A stretch of 64,000 nucleotides of DNA from a virus, in the IMG/VR virus record IMGVR_UViG_3300042934_001067, positions 32,001 to 96,000 of that record; one strand, given 5' to 3'. The notes below the pieces were generated by a model. The model made no database searches. It was not told where the DNA came from and saw only the letters and a program-made list of their open reading frames with translations. Positions 18,468-27,767 of the stretch are shown here, piece by piece. Both the position numbers and the translations under genes were made by a program. How positions within the stretch are numbered: position 1 is the first letter of the stretch; every line of letters begins with the position of its first letter.

Positions 18468-18988
18468 GCGACCTTCTCCTCGGTCACGGCGGTGGGGGCC
18501 TGCGCGCGCAGCTGCCGCTGGTAGGTGTTGACGACGGTCTCCCAGGGCATCCCGCACGCGCGGCTGAGGAGCTTCTCAGCCGCTGCGGCGGTGTCCGGGT
18601 CGACGCGGATCTTGCGGTGGAGGGCCTCCCGCAGGACGGCGCCCATCTGCTCGGTGCGGTCCCCACTGGTGTTCAGGTTCAGCAGGTCCAGCGGCATGTT
18701 GTCCTCGAACAGGAACAACTGGGCTCCCTGCGCGCCCCACACGCGGATCCCGCGTGCGGACAGACCGATGGCGCGCTGAGAGCGCCGGTAGTCGAGGTAG
18801 TTCGTCACCAGCGCCGTGAACGCGGGCGCCACGCCGAGCGTCCTGGCCACCTTCTGGTGGGTCCACTGCAGGCGGGTGTGACGACGGCTGGAGAAGTCGT
18901 CCAGGGCCAGACATGCCACGAACCGGTGGGCCTCCATGTCGCGGAGGCCGACGTTGTCGCGTACGGCGTGAAGGTCCGGGTGGGGCAT
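18464..18988 (-). CDS. Hypothetical protein
   Basis: AAAGGGGG SD, codon bias. Confidence 0.7.
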   Translation of the reverse strand: MPHPDLHAVRDNVGLRDMEAHRFVACLALDDFSSRRHTRLQWTHQKVARTLGVAPAFTALVTNYLDYRRSQRAIGLSARGIRVWGAQGAQLFLFEDNMPLDLLNLNTSGDRTEQMGAVLREALHRKIRVDPDTAAAAEKLLSRACGMPWETVVNTYQRQLRAQAPTAVTEEKVA

Positions 18989-19013
18989 GGCGGGTTGCCC
19001 CCCTTTCGTTCAG

Positions 19014-19268
19014 TCAGAGGGTGGAGGCCGTCAGACGGCGGCGGTAGGCGAACAGCGACGTCAGGGTGATGTTCGGCGTCCCGGGAATCAGCTCCAGCGG
19101 GCCGTCGATGCCGCGTGCGGCGTTCTTCCGGGACTTCTCCACCAGGTCGTCCATCTTCTCGGTGCTCCATCCCAGCCACTGCGCTGCCTGGTCGGGCAGC
19201 ATCGTGAAGGTTCCGATGTCGACTCCGGATGCGGAGGCGCGCTCGGAAGCAGGGCGTGGTCCAGACAT
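19014..19268 (-). CDS. Hypothetical protein
   Basis: CCCGCCAGGAG leader. Confidence 0.65.
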   Translation of the reverse strand: MSGPRPASERASASGVDIGTFTMLPDQAAQWLGWSTEKMDDLVEKSRKNAARGIDGPLELIPGTPNITLTSLFAYRRRLTASTL

Positions 19269-19427
19269 GGTGGATCTCCTGGCGGGTGGAGACAGACGTA
19301 ACTGATGAGCAGATGCACAGACTTGGCGGGATCTGTTCGCCTCACTCTACACGCGCCGAACACCTGGTTGAGGCATATGCAAAAAACTGACACGGCGTGT
19401 CATCCGCTGGCCAGAGGGCTGCGTGAC

Positions 19428-19458
19428 GACGCCCCGCCCCAGAACGGGACGGGGCGTC
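19428..19458 (-). terminator. Terminator hairpin
   Basis: GACGCCCCG.CC...GG.CGGGGCGTC. Confidence 0.6.
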
Positions 19459-19470
19459 AGCGGCATCGGA

Positions 19471-19884
19471 CTACGACGGCGCGTGCACCAGCAAGGGGGG
19501 CCCGACGCTGTCGATCCGCGCTCCGGTCCCGGTCAGGTCCGCGTCGGCCAGCAGGTCCCGCACCGTCACCGACGCATGCTGGCCGTTCGTCGGGCCCACG
19601 TCCCTCCGCCACGCCGTCAGGTCAATGAGCACCACCACGATCGTTGTCCAACCGGTGTAGTGCGAGCCGGACGGCGGCAGCATGCTCTCCACCTGATGGA
19701 CCACCGCACTCCCCGCCTCACCCGGGTACGACTCCGCCACGGCGCGCCGCAGGGGCGCCTCCAGGGCCTCGGCCGCCGCCGGAATCTGGTCCGGCCTGTC
19801 CACCTCCACCCTCACGTGGTACGCCGCCGACAACTTCCCTGTCGTCTCCTCCATGGGAGACACGCCCTTCGCCATGCCGGTCAT
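19471..19884 (-). CDS. Hypothetical protein
   Basis: GAGAGG SD, tight packing. Confidence 0.65.
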   Translation of the reverse strand: MTGMAKGVSPMEETTGKLSAAYHVRVEVDRPDQIPAAAEALEAPLRRAVAESYPGEAGSAVVHQVESMLPPSGSHYTGWTTIVVVLIDLTAWRRDVGPTNGQHASVTVRDLLADADLTGTGARIDSVGPPLLVHAPS

Positions 19885-19888
19885 CCTC

Positions 19889-20326
19889 TCAGGCCGCCGT
19901 CGCCATGTCGGCGGCCGTCAGCGGCTTGTACTGGTTGCGGATCCGGCCGCCGTACAGGTGGGCGATCTCCCCGAGCCGGGTGACATGGAACGTCCCGGGC
20001 TGGCGCCGGAGCAGGACCTGCAGCGCCTTGCCCTCCATGTGCGGCTGCTCGTGGAACTTCTGGCCGTTGCCCGGCGCCGTCCAGTGCTTGTACGAGTCGG
20101 CCAGCTGCCGCAGGTCCTGCTCCGGGGCCAGCGGCGTGTACTGGATGACGGTCCAGTCGTCGGCGGTGACAACGAACCCGCCGCCGGGCTGCTGCCGGAC
20201 CTGCTGGTCCTCGTAGACCTCGGTGAGGACGAAGTTCACCTGGGCGCCGTGGACGACCTCGGCGTGCTTGGTGCGGTGGTTGACGCGAAGGTAGGCGGAG
20301 GCCTTCGCGAGGGGGTACGTGGACAT
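19889..20326 (-). CDS. Hypothetical protein
   Basis: GAGGAG SD. Confidence 0.75.
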   Translation of the reverse strand: MSTYPLAKASAYLRVNHRTKHAEVVHGAQVNFVLTEVYEDQQVRQQPGGGFVVTADDWTVIQYTPLAPEQDLRQLADSYKHWTAPGNGQKFHEQPHMEGKALQVLLRRQPGTFHVTRLGEIAHLYGGRIRNQYKPLTAADMATAA

Positions 20327-20395
20327 GGGTGTTCTCCTCGTTGGCGGTCGAGGTGATGGATGTGGTGGCGGCCGGTTGGCGGTCCGGCCGGTGAA

Positions 20396-20809
20396 TCAGG
20401 ATTCCACGGGCTCGTAGCGGACGGTCTGGCGGCGGCCGTCAATGAGGACCATGGTGCCGCTGGCCAGGTACCAGAGGTGCGCCCAGCCCCGGCTGACCTG
20501 CCGGGCGCAGAAGCGACCAGCAGCGCTGGAGGACACGATGCCGATGCTCTCCCAGACCAGCCCGTCTGCGTCGTTCTGGGCGTACAGCTCGCGGAACCTC
20601 GCACTTGCGGACGGCTCCGTGACGACCGGCTCGTACCGGCGGGTGCGGCCGTCCTCGGTGGACGTCAGCTCGAAGGAGCCCCCGTCGAGGTCGCGACGGG
20701 TGGAGAACCCACGCGAGACGCTGAACGAGGTCTGCTCCTCGACGTCGGCTCCGTCCTGCACGACCGTGTGGCCGTTGGCGTAGGTGATCAGGTAGGCGAC
20801 GGGACTCAC
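20396..20809 (-). CDS. Hypothetical protein
   Basis: AAGGAG SD, GTGA overlap. Confidence 0.7.
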   Translation of the reverse strand: MSPVAYLITYANGHTVVQDGADVEEQTSFSVSRGFSTRRDLDGGSFELTSTEDGRTRRYEPVVTEPSASARFRELYAQNDADGLVWESIGIVSSSAAGRFCARQVSRGWAHLWYLASGTMVLIDGRRQTVRYEPVES

Positions 20810-21192
20810 AGCTCTCCTTGACGGGACAACGAACCTGCGAGCACCCCACGGAACTCCAGCGCGGCCAGGACGGCCTTGTCCGACGCCCTGGTGCGCTGAG
20901 TGATCTCCTGGATGCTCTTGCCGCTCAGGTACAGCTCGGTGATGTGGTCGATCACCCGGAACGGCAGGCCCTCGACGATGACCTCCCGGCGCGCGGCGAG
21001 TATACGGTTGCGCACCCGGCGGCCGGTGCTGGTGAGGTAGTAGCCCGAGCCCTTCCGGGTCACGTACTTCCTGGACACCATCGCGGGGAACTGGGCGCTC
21101 GTGCCGCTGACCAGTCCGGAGACCGGGTCGGCGTGGATCAGCATCTGGCGGATCGGAGCGGGCACGGACGGGGGTGCGGTGCGAGTGGCCAT
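20806..21192 (-). CDS. Winged-helix plus HTH DNA-binding protein
   Basis: YYLTSTG wing; ELYLSGKSIQEI.....S...V...L..RGV HTH. Confidence 0.65.
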   Translation of the reverse strand: MATRTAPPSVPAPIRQMLIHADPVSGLVSGTSAQFPAMVSRKYVTRKGSGYYLTSTGRRVRNRILAARREVIVEGLPFRVIDHITELYLSGKSIQEITQRTRASDKAVLAALEFRGVLAGSLSRQGEL

Positions 21193-21241
21193 GAGCGGCG
21201 GCCTCCTTGGCGGCGAGGCGGACTGGCGGAACGTTCTGAGG

Positions 21242-21520
21242 CTAGCGCGCGGACGCCTCGGTGAGGCCCTTTCGGGCGATGTCGAGTGCCGCCCGCGTAA
21301 CGGCGACCGCCTCCGGCTCGGGCCCGGCCAGCGGCCAGGAACGAACGGAGGCGGAGACGAGACGGCCGTCGGCGTCGGTGACGGCCCGGGTCGTGCTGCC
21401 CCGCTCCGCCCCCTCGGTCAGGGAGATCTCGACGGTGCAGCCGTCGCTGCGCCGGGCGGTCAGGCGGATCGTGCCGCCCAGCGTGACGAGCTTCAGGTCG
21501 TGCGCGGTCATCTCCGGCAT
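21242..21520 (-). CDS. Hypothetical protein
   Basis: GGAGG SD. Confidence 0.65.
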   Translation of the reverse strand: MPEMTAHDLKLVTLGGTIRLTARRSDGCTVEISLTEGAERGSTTRAVTDADGRLVSASVRSWPLAGPEPEAVAVTRAALDIARKGLTEASAR

Positions 21521-21625
21521 GGCGTCCTCCCGTGGCGGTCAAGAGGTGAACGAGAAAAGCCGCGTCCTGTTGGCGGTCAGGAAGGTGCGGCCACACCGGA
21601 GATCATGCCAGAAGGAATGACACCG

Positions 21626-21646
21626 CTTCAGCATTTCGATTCTTTT
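21626..21646 (-). repeat. 21-bp A-rich motif, copy 2
   Basis: AAAAGAATCGAAATGCTGAAG. Confidence 0.7.
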
Positions 21647-21988
21647 TTACTCTTGCTTTGCTTTCTCGGGCTGCTCGTGCTCGAACGCACGGGGCTGGTC
21701 TTCCTCGTGCAGCAGCCGGTAGCAGCGCCCGCACAGCTGGCCATCATGGAAGCGGTCCGTGAACCGGTGCTTCGTCTCCCCGGCCGGGTACGTGCGCTGT
21801 CCGCACAGCACCACCACCGGCGTCTCCAAGAGCGCCTGGAGGACCCGCCCGGTGCCGTCGCCCATCCTGATCGTCTCTGCAGGCTCCGGCCTGGCCCACA
21901 CGGGCACCCGCACCTCAATGTGCACGGTGCCCGAGTAGAGCGTCTCCACGAAGTACAGCTCGGCGTGCTCCGGCAGCCGCTCAGGCAC
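21647..21988 (-). CDS. Hypothetical Zn-binding protein
   Basis: H...LCG...LCGRC. Confidence 0.7.
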   Translation of the reverse strand: MPERLPEHAELYFVETLYSGTVHIEVRVPVWARPEPAETIRMGDGTGRVLQALLETPVVVLCGQRTYPAGETKHRFTDRFHDGQLCGRCYRLLHEEDQPRAFEHEQPEKAKQE

Positions 21989-22334
21989 CGGGCACCTCCC
22001 CGTACCCGGGCTTGCCTCGGTCGACGATGTCCGTGGGGATCACTCGGTCGCGGAGGAGCGCGGCCCGGCCGAGCAGCTCATCGACCGACGGCCGGACGTA
22101 CGCGGGCTGCGTCATGTACGACGCCCACTGCGTCCGGCGGTCCATCGGATTGTCCGGCCCCGGCCGCCGCGAGAACTCCTGACAGGCGTCCACCACGTAC
22201 TCGTACGCGCCGTCGCGGTACGGACCGGCCACCTCCACGATGACCGCCGTGCCACCGTCCAGCCCCCTGGCCCACAACTGGCCCACGTGGTAGACCCGCG
22301 CGCCGACCGGCAGCGGGTGGACCGACTCAGCCAT
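21981..22334 (-). CDS. Hypothetical SH3-like barrel protein
   Basis: PVGARV...GTAVIVEV...YEYVV; GGAGG SD. Confidence 0.65.
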   Translation of the reverse strand: MAESVHPLPVGARVYHVGQLWARGLDGGTAVIVEVAGPYRDGAYEYVVDACQEFSRRPGPDNPMDRRTQWASYMTQPAYVRPSVDELLGRAALLRDRVIPTDIVDRGKPGYGEVPGA

Positions 22335-23061
22335 GGTCGGGCTCCTCCGCCTCGGCGCCGCAGCGACGGCACTCGTTGCCCTCGCCCTGCGGCGGGTAGT
22401 CGTGCTCGGGGTACTCGTTGCCGTCGGCGTCGAGGCATGCGTCCTCGGCGGGCTCATCGCCCGTGCCCCCGACGATGCCGTCCACGGTCTCCTGGTAGCC
22501 CGACAGCAAGTGCTCCAGCGCATCGTCGGTGACCCCGTCCGGGTGGTCCGGTCCGCCCAGCGCGTCGACCAGCTCGTGCTTGCGCACGACGACGTCGGCG
22601 TACAGCGCGTAGGCGTCGTCCCACACGTCGAGCCGGACCGGCTCCCCGGTGTTCTCGTCCCGGGAGACGTACAGCACCGGGCTGTCACTCGGGCCGTCCA
22701 GCAGCTTCTTCAGATCAGCGATGGTCACGTTCAGCATGTCCTCGAACTCCTCTTCCAGTACGTCCCACGTGGTCCCGTCCACATCCTCGTGGCTGCCGCT
22801 CCGGTGCGGAGGGCGAACGCAGAACACTTCCTGCGCATCCATGACGATGTCCATGCTGTTGCACAGCGGCCCGCCGGGAATCCGGGCCTCGATCCACGCC
22901 TCGGCCCGCTGCAGCTCCTCCAGCCGGGCCCTGCGCGTCTCGGCGGCCTTCGCCGACCGGGCGGAGCGGGCGGCCTTCGCCTCCGGCGAGTTGTAGCGCC
23001 GGTTCTTCTCGGCCGTGTCGAGGATGGCCCTCAGGAGCCCGTCCAGCCTGATCTCAGCCAT
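22327..23061 (-). CDS. Hypothetical protein
   Basis: Coupled; C-terminal H...CRRCG. Confidence 0.65.
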   Translation of the reverse strand: MAEIRLDGLLRAILDTAEKNRRYNSPEAKAARSARSAKAAETRRARLEELQRAEAWIEARIPGGPLCNSMDIVMDAQEVFCVRPPHRSGSHEDVDGTTWDVLEEEFEDMLNVTIADLKKLLDGPSDSPVLYVSRDENTGEPVRLDVWDDAYALYADVVVRKHELVDALGGPDHPDGVTDDALEHLLSGYQETVDGIVGGTGDEPAEDACLDADGNEYPEHDYPPQGEGNECRRCGAEAEEPDHG

Positions 23062-23368
23062 GACGCATCGCCTCGTAGACCTCGCTGGCAGGGTCGATGA
23101 CGATGTCGCCGTACAGATCAGGGTGCGCGGCCAACGGCACGTTCACCAGCTCGCTCATGGTCCACTGCGAGCCGATCGCCAACGGCCGCCCCTCGGAGTC
23201 CTGACGCAGAGGGATGCCGTCCTCGCAGACGACGTGCCACACCCATGCGCCCTGCGTGCGGTTGTCGCCTCGGTACGATCCCGCCGACCGCTCCAGCCGG
23301 GCGCCCTCCGGGATGTCCAGCTCCAGCTCGCTGCGCAGGCGCTGCAGGAGCTTCTCGGAGGTCTTCAC
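23054..23368 (-). CDS. Hypothetical protein
   Basis: GGAGG SD, GTGA overlap. Confidence 0.7.
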   Translation of the reverse strand: MKTSEKLLQRLRSELELDIPEGARLERSAGSYRGDNRTQGAWVWHVVCEDGIPLRQDSEGRPLAIGSQWTMSELVNVPLAAHPDLYGDIVIDPASEVYEAMRHG

Positions 23369-23781
23369 GATCCCTCCGGCCCGTACATGACGTCGTCCGC
23401 CCGGGGCCGCAGTTCCTTCGGGTCCTCGCCCTTCACGACGGTCAGGAGCTGGCGGAGCTGCTCGGTGGTGATGTCACTGCGGAACTCGTGTCGGACGTCG
23501 ATCCCGGCCTCGCGCAGGGAGTGGAACAGGGCGCGGCGCTGCGCCGCCTCGTCGTACTGCTCCTGGGTCTGCAGCGCGTCCTTGGCCCCGGTGGAGGTGT
23601 CCTCCAAGCCGGTCTCCCTGGAGAACCGGGCGTTCTTCTCGGTACCCCGGTCGTTCATGACGTACAGCCACTTCCGGCCGACACGACACACGGTGACGCG
23701 TTCGTCGGACTGGTAGCGGCTCGACGTGACCAGGATCAGCGGGTCGCCGACCTTGACGGCGGGGAACGTGCTCCAGCTCAT
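23365..23781 (-). CDS. Hypothetical beta-barrel protein
   Basis: VKVGDP...V.RVGRKWLYV. Confidence 0.7.
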   Translation of the reverse strand: MSWSTFPAVKVGDPLILVTSSRYQSDERVTVCRVGRKWLYVMNDRGTEKNARFSRETGLEDTSTGAKDALQTQEQYDEAAQRRALFHSLREAGIDVRHEFRSDITTEQLRQLLTVVKGEDPKELRPRADDVMYGPEGS

Positions 23782-23783
23782 GA

Positions 23784-24455
23784 TCAGTTCCCCTCGGGTG
23801 CGGACTTGCCGTGCTTGTTCACCCAGGCGCGGGCGGCGTCGCTGTCGGCGAACTCGGTCTCGACCTCGACCTTGCCGACGGTGTCGTACACCGTGCCGCC
23901 GTTGATGCGGTACCGGCGTGCCCGGTACATCTCGGCGCCCTTCCCGGCGTCCATCTGCCGGACGGCCTCGATCACACCCCAGGGGTCCTCGACGTTGCGG
24001 TCGTACTCCTCCAGGTGTCCGTCGATGATGCCCGCGACAATCTTGGCCACCCTGCGCGGCATCTGCACGGTGACGAGGTCCTCGTCGTCCTGGTCACACA
24101 GGTCAGCGAGGACGCAGGCCGTCCCCCAGGTCACCTGGGCCTTCTCGTATCCGTGCTGGGCGCTGAACCGGGTCCACAGGTCCGGGAACGGCGCTTCGCA
24201 TCCCTGCACGGGGTCGTCCATCAGGCCGATCAGGGTGTCGACGCTGGCCGGGACGAGCGGCAGGTGCTCGACGTCCGGGTCGTACTGGCAGATCTCCACG
24301 GCGGCGTCGGCGGCCCCGGCCGTGTGCACCCGCGCCTCGCCGGTGAAGTACCGGTGCATGTCCTCGGCGATGTGCAGGAAGGGGATCGGTCCGATCCGGG
24401 TGACGGACTCGTCGGCCCGGGTCACGGTGATGGCGTACTCGTTTTCGCTGGTCAT
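23784..24455 (-). CDS. Hypothetical protein
   Basis: CCCGCCAAGGAG leader. Confidence 0.7.
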   Translation of the reverse strand: MTSENEYAITVTRADESVTRIGPIPFLHIAEDMHRYFTGEARVHTAGAADAAVEICQYDPDVEHLPLVPASVDTLIGLMDDPVQGCEAPFPDLWTRFSAQHGYEKAQVTWGTACVLADLCDQDDEDLVTVQMPRRVAKIVAGIIDGHLEEYDRNVEDPWGVIEAVRQMDAGKGAEMYRARRYRINGGTVYDTVGKVEVETEFADSDAARAWVNKHGKSAPEGN

Positions 24456-24533
24456 GCTGCTCCTTGGCGGGATCAGGAAGGAGGGCGGCGGCGCCGAGCG
24501 GCCCACAGGCGCCGCCACCGGTTCAGCGACGGG

Positions 24534-24983
24534 TCAGCAGGACTCGTCGAGCTTCACGGAGTTGATCGTGACGCGCAGGACGTCCGTGGCGCCGGGCTGC
24601 GGGTCCTGGCTGCACACGTGCCAGTTGCTGTTGTTGAGGATGAAGGTGTTCCCGGGGCTGACGGACTCCTCGTCGACCAGGAACCCGGCCGTGTGCAGGA
24701 CGGTCATCGCGTCGGCGTGGTTCATGCCGACGACGTCCGGCACCGGCTCCGACGCCTCCTCGGCGGCCGGGGTGTCCTCCTCGACCGGCTCCTCGGCCGG
24801 GGCGGACTCCTCCTCCTCGGCGGGCGTCGCGGGCGTGGCCGGGGCGGCCGTCTCGGTGACGGTGACGGCGGGCTCCGGCTTCGCGTCGGTGCCGCTGCCG
24901 TCCTCGCAGGCGGCTGCCGTCAGCAGGACGGCCGCCACGGCGGCGGCGGGGAACAGAGTGCGGTTGAAACGGGTGACCTTCAC
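24534..24983 (-). CDS. PASTA-domain lipoprotein
   Basis: Signal peptide with lipobox (TAAAC), P/A/E linker, VPDVVGMN..DA...L...G...VCSQ.P.PG. Confidence 0.8.
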   Translation of the reverse strand: MKVTRFNRTLFPAAAVAAVLLTAAACEDGSGTDAKPEPAVTVTETAAPATPATPAEEEESAPAEEPVEEDTPAAEEASEPVPDVVGMNHADAMTVLHTAGFLVDEESVSPGNTFILNNSNWHVCSQDPQPGATDVLRVTINSVKLDESC

Positions 24984-25043
24984 GGTCGTATCCCCCCTGG
25001 GATGAGAGTGGTGTGGCGACTGCGCACAGTAGTCGTGTGCGCA

Positions 25044-25097
25044 TGGTGTCCGCCCCCGGTTCGACCCCGGGGCCCCAGACAACAGGCAGGGGCGGAC
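25044..25097 (-). ncRNA. Possible divergent tRNA-like structure
   Basis: GTCCGCC/GGCGGAC 7-bp stem, 5-bp stem with 7-nt loop, then A-CCA; loop non-canonical. Confidence 0.3.
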
Positions 25098-25104
25098 GGA
25101 TGGT

Positions 25105-25611
25105 TCAGACCTGGCCGATCCCGTGGCGGTAGATGTCCTGCAGCGCCTCATGGATGTCCTGCAAGACCTCGACGAGGGCTCCCATGTCGGAGGACAGAGG
25201 CCCGGCCTGCGGCAGCGGCCCGTTCTCCCGGACCTTGAGGATCACATCCCGGGCGGAGGCCGCGTCCCGTCCGGTGAGCGCGAAGCCCGTCGGCCTCAGC
25301 CCCCTGAACTGACGGAAGCTGGGAAGCTGGAAGTCCCCGACAAAAAGGTCCACCTTCCCCTCGTCCTCGTCGAAGTCGGCGTGCACGCTGTAGTACTTCT
25401 TCTCCAGGCTGGCCTCGGTCAGCTGCGCCGCGACCACGTTGCCCTTGCCGTCGGTCGTGGCCGGGGTCAGCGGCGTGATCCCCAGCGTGGCCAGGAGGGT
25501 GTTGACCTCGTCCGCAAGGCTGTCGGCGAGGAGATCCGCCTCCATCTCCCTGACGCCCCTCTCCTCCTCGGCCAGCTCCAGCCAGGACTGCGTGGTGGCT
25601 TCCGTGCTCAT
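25105..25611 (-). CDS. Hypothetical protein
   Basis: GGAGG SD. Confidence 0.7.
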   Translation of the reverse strand: MSTEATTQSWLELAEEERGVREMEADLLADSLADEVNTLLATLGITPLTPATTDGKGNVVAAQLTEASLEKKYYSVHADFDEDEGKVDLFVGDFQLPSFRQFRGLRPTGFALTGRDAASARDVILKVRENGPLPQAGPLSSDMGALVEVLQDIHEALQDIYRHGIGQV

Positions 25612-25664
25612 GATGTCCTCCGGGACAGCGGGGCGCTGTCGAGCGCCCCGCGCGGTAGGGATGG

Positions 25665-25850
25665 TCAGCCGGACGGCTGCGGCTCCCACGGTGCAGGGCC
25701 GAGCTTCGATTCGGCTTCCTTACAGAAAGTGACGGGGACCAGACGACCGGACTCCAAGTCGCTGCAGCCCAGGCAGATCTCCGACGGCGGTGCGATGTGC
25801 TCCGGGTCGGCCGTGTCGTACACGACTCCCGGCTCGTGCTCTTCAGCCAC
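25665..25850 (-). CDS. Small hypothetical protein
   Basis: GAGAGG SD, CxxC. Confidence 0.5.
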   Translation of the reverse strand: MAEEHEPGVVYDTADPEHIAPPSEICLGCSDLESGRLVPVTFCKEAESKLGPAPWEPQPSG

Positions 25851-25859
25851 GACGCCCTC

Positions 25860-26201
25860 TCAGAACGGCGGCGGGCAGGACTCGGACGGCACGTGCAGGT
25901 CCCAGCAGCCGCCCTCATGCGCACGCCAGCGCCCGGGCAGGCCGAGGAACTCGAACGTCCGCGCCGGGCCCTGGCACGGCTCCGGCTCGCGCACCCACTC
26001 CGGGTCGGGCTCCTCAGACCAGCCGGGCGGCTCGGTCGGCTCGTCGTCGTACAGGTAGGAGGCGTCGGAGCCCCAGTCCGGCTCGACAGGGCCCGCGTAC
26101 GGCGGCAGCCCACCGGTGCGCTCCAGGAACGCGTACTCCTCGGAGAAGCACTCCGGCGCGCCCATCTCCCGGGCCTCCTGCATGGTGATCGGAGTACTCA
26201 C
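25860..26201 (-). CDS. Acidic/Pro-rich hypothetical protein
   Basis: GTGA overlap. Confidence 0.55.
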   Translation of the reverse strand: MSTPITMQEAREMGAPECFSEEYAFLERTGGLPPYAGPVEPDWGSDASYLYDDEPTEPPGWSEEPDPEWVREPEPCQGPARTFEFLGLPGRWRAHEGGCWDLHVPSESCPPPF

Positions 26202-26413
26202 CGGCCAGCCCCGTCCTGCGCGCCCCGGGCCGGGACGAAGGTGCTGATCGCCCGGATCACGACGAACGTGCCGAGGAAGTACGCGATGGTGAGCTGGTCG
26301 CGCAGCACGCCGTCCTGCGGGGTGTCCGGCAACAGCCGGTCCAGCAGGTAGTAGACGGCCGGGGTGGCGAGCAACAGGACGAGAATCGCCCACTTGAACA
26401 TACGACGGATCAT
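26198..26413 (-). CDS. Small 2-TM membrane protein
   Basis: CCCGCCACGAGGAG leader. Confidence 0.7.
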   Translation of the reverse strand: MIRRMFKWAILVLLLATPAVYYLLDRLLPDTPQDGVLRDQLTIAYFLGTFVVIRAISTFVPARGAQDGAGR

Positions 26414-26492
26414 GAAGTGCTCCTCGTGGCGGGTCGAGGCGGAAAGACGGGGTCCCCGGTCTCCGTGGCGGCCGGAGTGCGTGGGGATCCCC

Positions 26493-26521
26493 ACCCTAAT
26501 GCACATCGATATGCGTGTCTA
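26493..26521 (-). promoter_or_regulatory. Promoter with palindromic spacer, copy 1
   Basis: TAGACA-CGCATATCGATGTGCAT-TAGGGT. Confidence 0.8.
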
Positions 26522-26920
26522 GCCGGTGGCAGCACTCTTCCCGGCCATCACGTCCCACGCCTGGACACCCACCCGCAGACGCACCCGCTGGAACCCCTTC
26601 GCCCCCACCCGGGCCTCGTCCCGCAGCCACGCCGCAGACCGCGCCGTCAACTGAGCCAGCGTCACCACCCCCGACCGCAAAAGGCAGTTCGCCACCCGGT
26701 GCCCCGTCGCGTCGTGCCCCAGCAGGTCATACAGCTCACCCCCGCCGCACCGCCCGCACCAGACCCGCTCCCGCGCCGCAGGCCCGTCAGCCACCAGCGG
26801 CAGCGGACCGGCCGGAAACGCCCGCACCAGAGCAGCGAACGCCTCCACCTCCTCCAGCGGCGCCCCCCGCTCCAGCAGACGGCCCGCCGCCGCCTGCAAC
26901 TCCTCCACCGGCCCGCTCAC
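26519..26920 (-). CDS. RNA polymerase alpha-CTD-like domain protein
   Basis: RVANCLLRSGVVTLAQL.ARS...L.....VGAKG aligns with RpoA CTD pattern R..NCL.R.GI.T..EL...S...L.....G.KS. Confidence 0.7.
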   Translation of the reverse strand: MSGPVEELQAAAGRLLERGAPLEEVEAFAALVRAFPAGPLPLVADGPAARERVWCGRCGGGELYDLLGHDATGHRVANCLLRSGVVTLAQLTARSAAWLRDEARVGAKGFQRVRLRVGVQAWDVMAGKSAATG

Positions 26921-27330
26921 GACCGGCCCTCCGCCGCACGGGCCCGAGCCTCGGCCGCCCAGATCCGGCCCAGCTCCGCCAACTGCTCCTCGTGCGCCAG
27001 AAACATCACGTACGGCAACGGCGGCCGGGTGCGCGGGACGGTGGTGGACAGCCGCATGGACTCCTCGCGGTGCGCGTACACGTCCATGCCGACCCACTCC
27101 TGGTTGCCCGGGATTGCGTAGGCGACACTCCAGTCCGCATGCGGCCGGAACGCGGTCAGCAGCCCTGCGTCCACGGCCGCCAGCACCCACCGGCGAGCTG
27201 TCGCCGGAGACACCCCCCGCTCCTCGGCGATCACGGCCCTCGCCAGGTCGACGGTCACCAGCCGCAGAGGCTTCTCGACGCCCAGCCGCCGGACAGTCTT
27301 GGCGGCCTCGGCCGCCCGCTCGTCGGACAT
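26917..27330 (-). CDS. Hypothetical protein, possible winged HTH
   Basis: GVSPATARRWV..AV..GLL; AAGGAG SD. Confidence 0.65.
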   Translation of the reverse strand: MSDERAAEAAKTVRRLGVEKPLRLVTVDLARAVIAEERGVSPATARRWVLAAVDAGLLTAFRPHADWSVAYAIPGNQEWVGMDVYAHREESMRLSTTVPRTRPPLPYVMFLAHEEQLAELGRIWAAEARARAAEGRS

Positions 27331-27767
27331 CAGGACTCCTTCAGGGTCAGGTCGTGGCGGACGCGTTCGATCTTGTCCATGGCGGCGAGGGCCTCGGGCG
27401 ACGGATTGTGGATCTCCCGCATGCCGTGCACGGCGGCCTCGGCACCCGACGCGAACAGCGGCACGGGCGACTCGTAGTGACAGATGTCCCGGGCCGTCTC
27501 CACGGTGATCTCGCCGGAGGCGACCGCGATGCGCACGGCCGTGCTCTCGTCCATGTCGTGACACCCGGCCCACCCCGCGCACACCCGGGCACGCTCATCG
27601 TCACGGTCGTGTAGGTGGCACTGGAACAGCCGGGGTGTCTGCTGCCAGGTCGGCCCGTCGAACCCGGGCAGCTTCGCATAGTCCTCGGGCGACCAGACCC
27701 CCGACGGAACATCCTGACGGTACGGACACGCCCCGCACGGGCGCGGCGCGGGCGGCAGCGTCGTCAC
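27330..27767 (-). CDS. DUF6283-like Cys-rich protein
   Basis: PRPC..CPYR.DVPSGVW..E.Y.KL..D...FQCH...CAGWAGCH. Confidence 0.75.
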   Translation of the reverse strand: MTTLPPAPRPCGACPYRQDVPSGVWSPEDYAKLPGFDGPTWQQTPRLFQCHLHDRDDERARVCAGWAGCHDMDESTAVRIAVASGEITVETARDICHYESPVPLFASGAEAAVHGMREIHNPSPEALAAMDKIERVRHDLTLKES

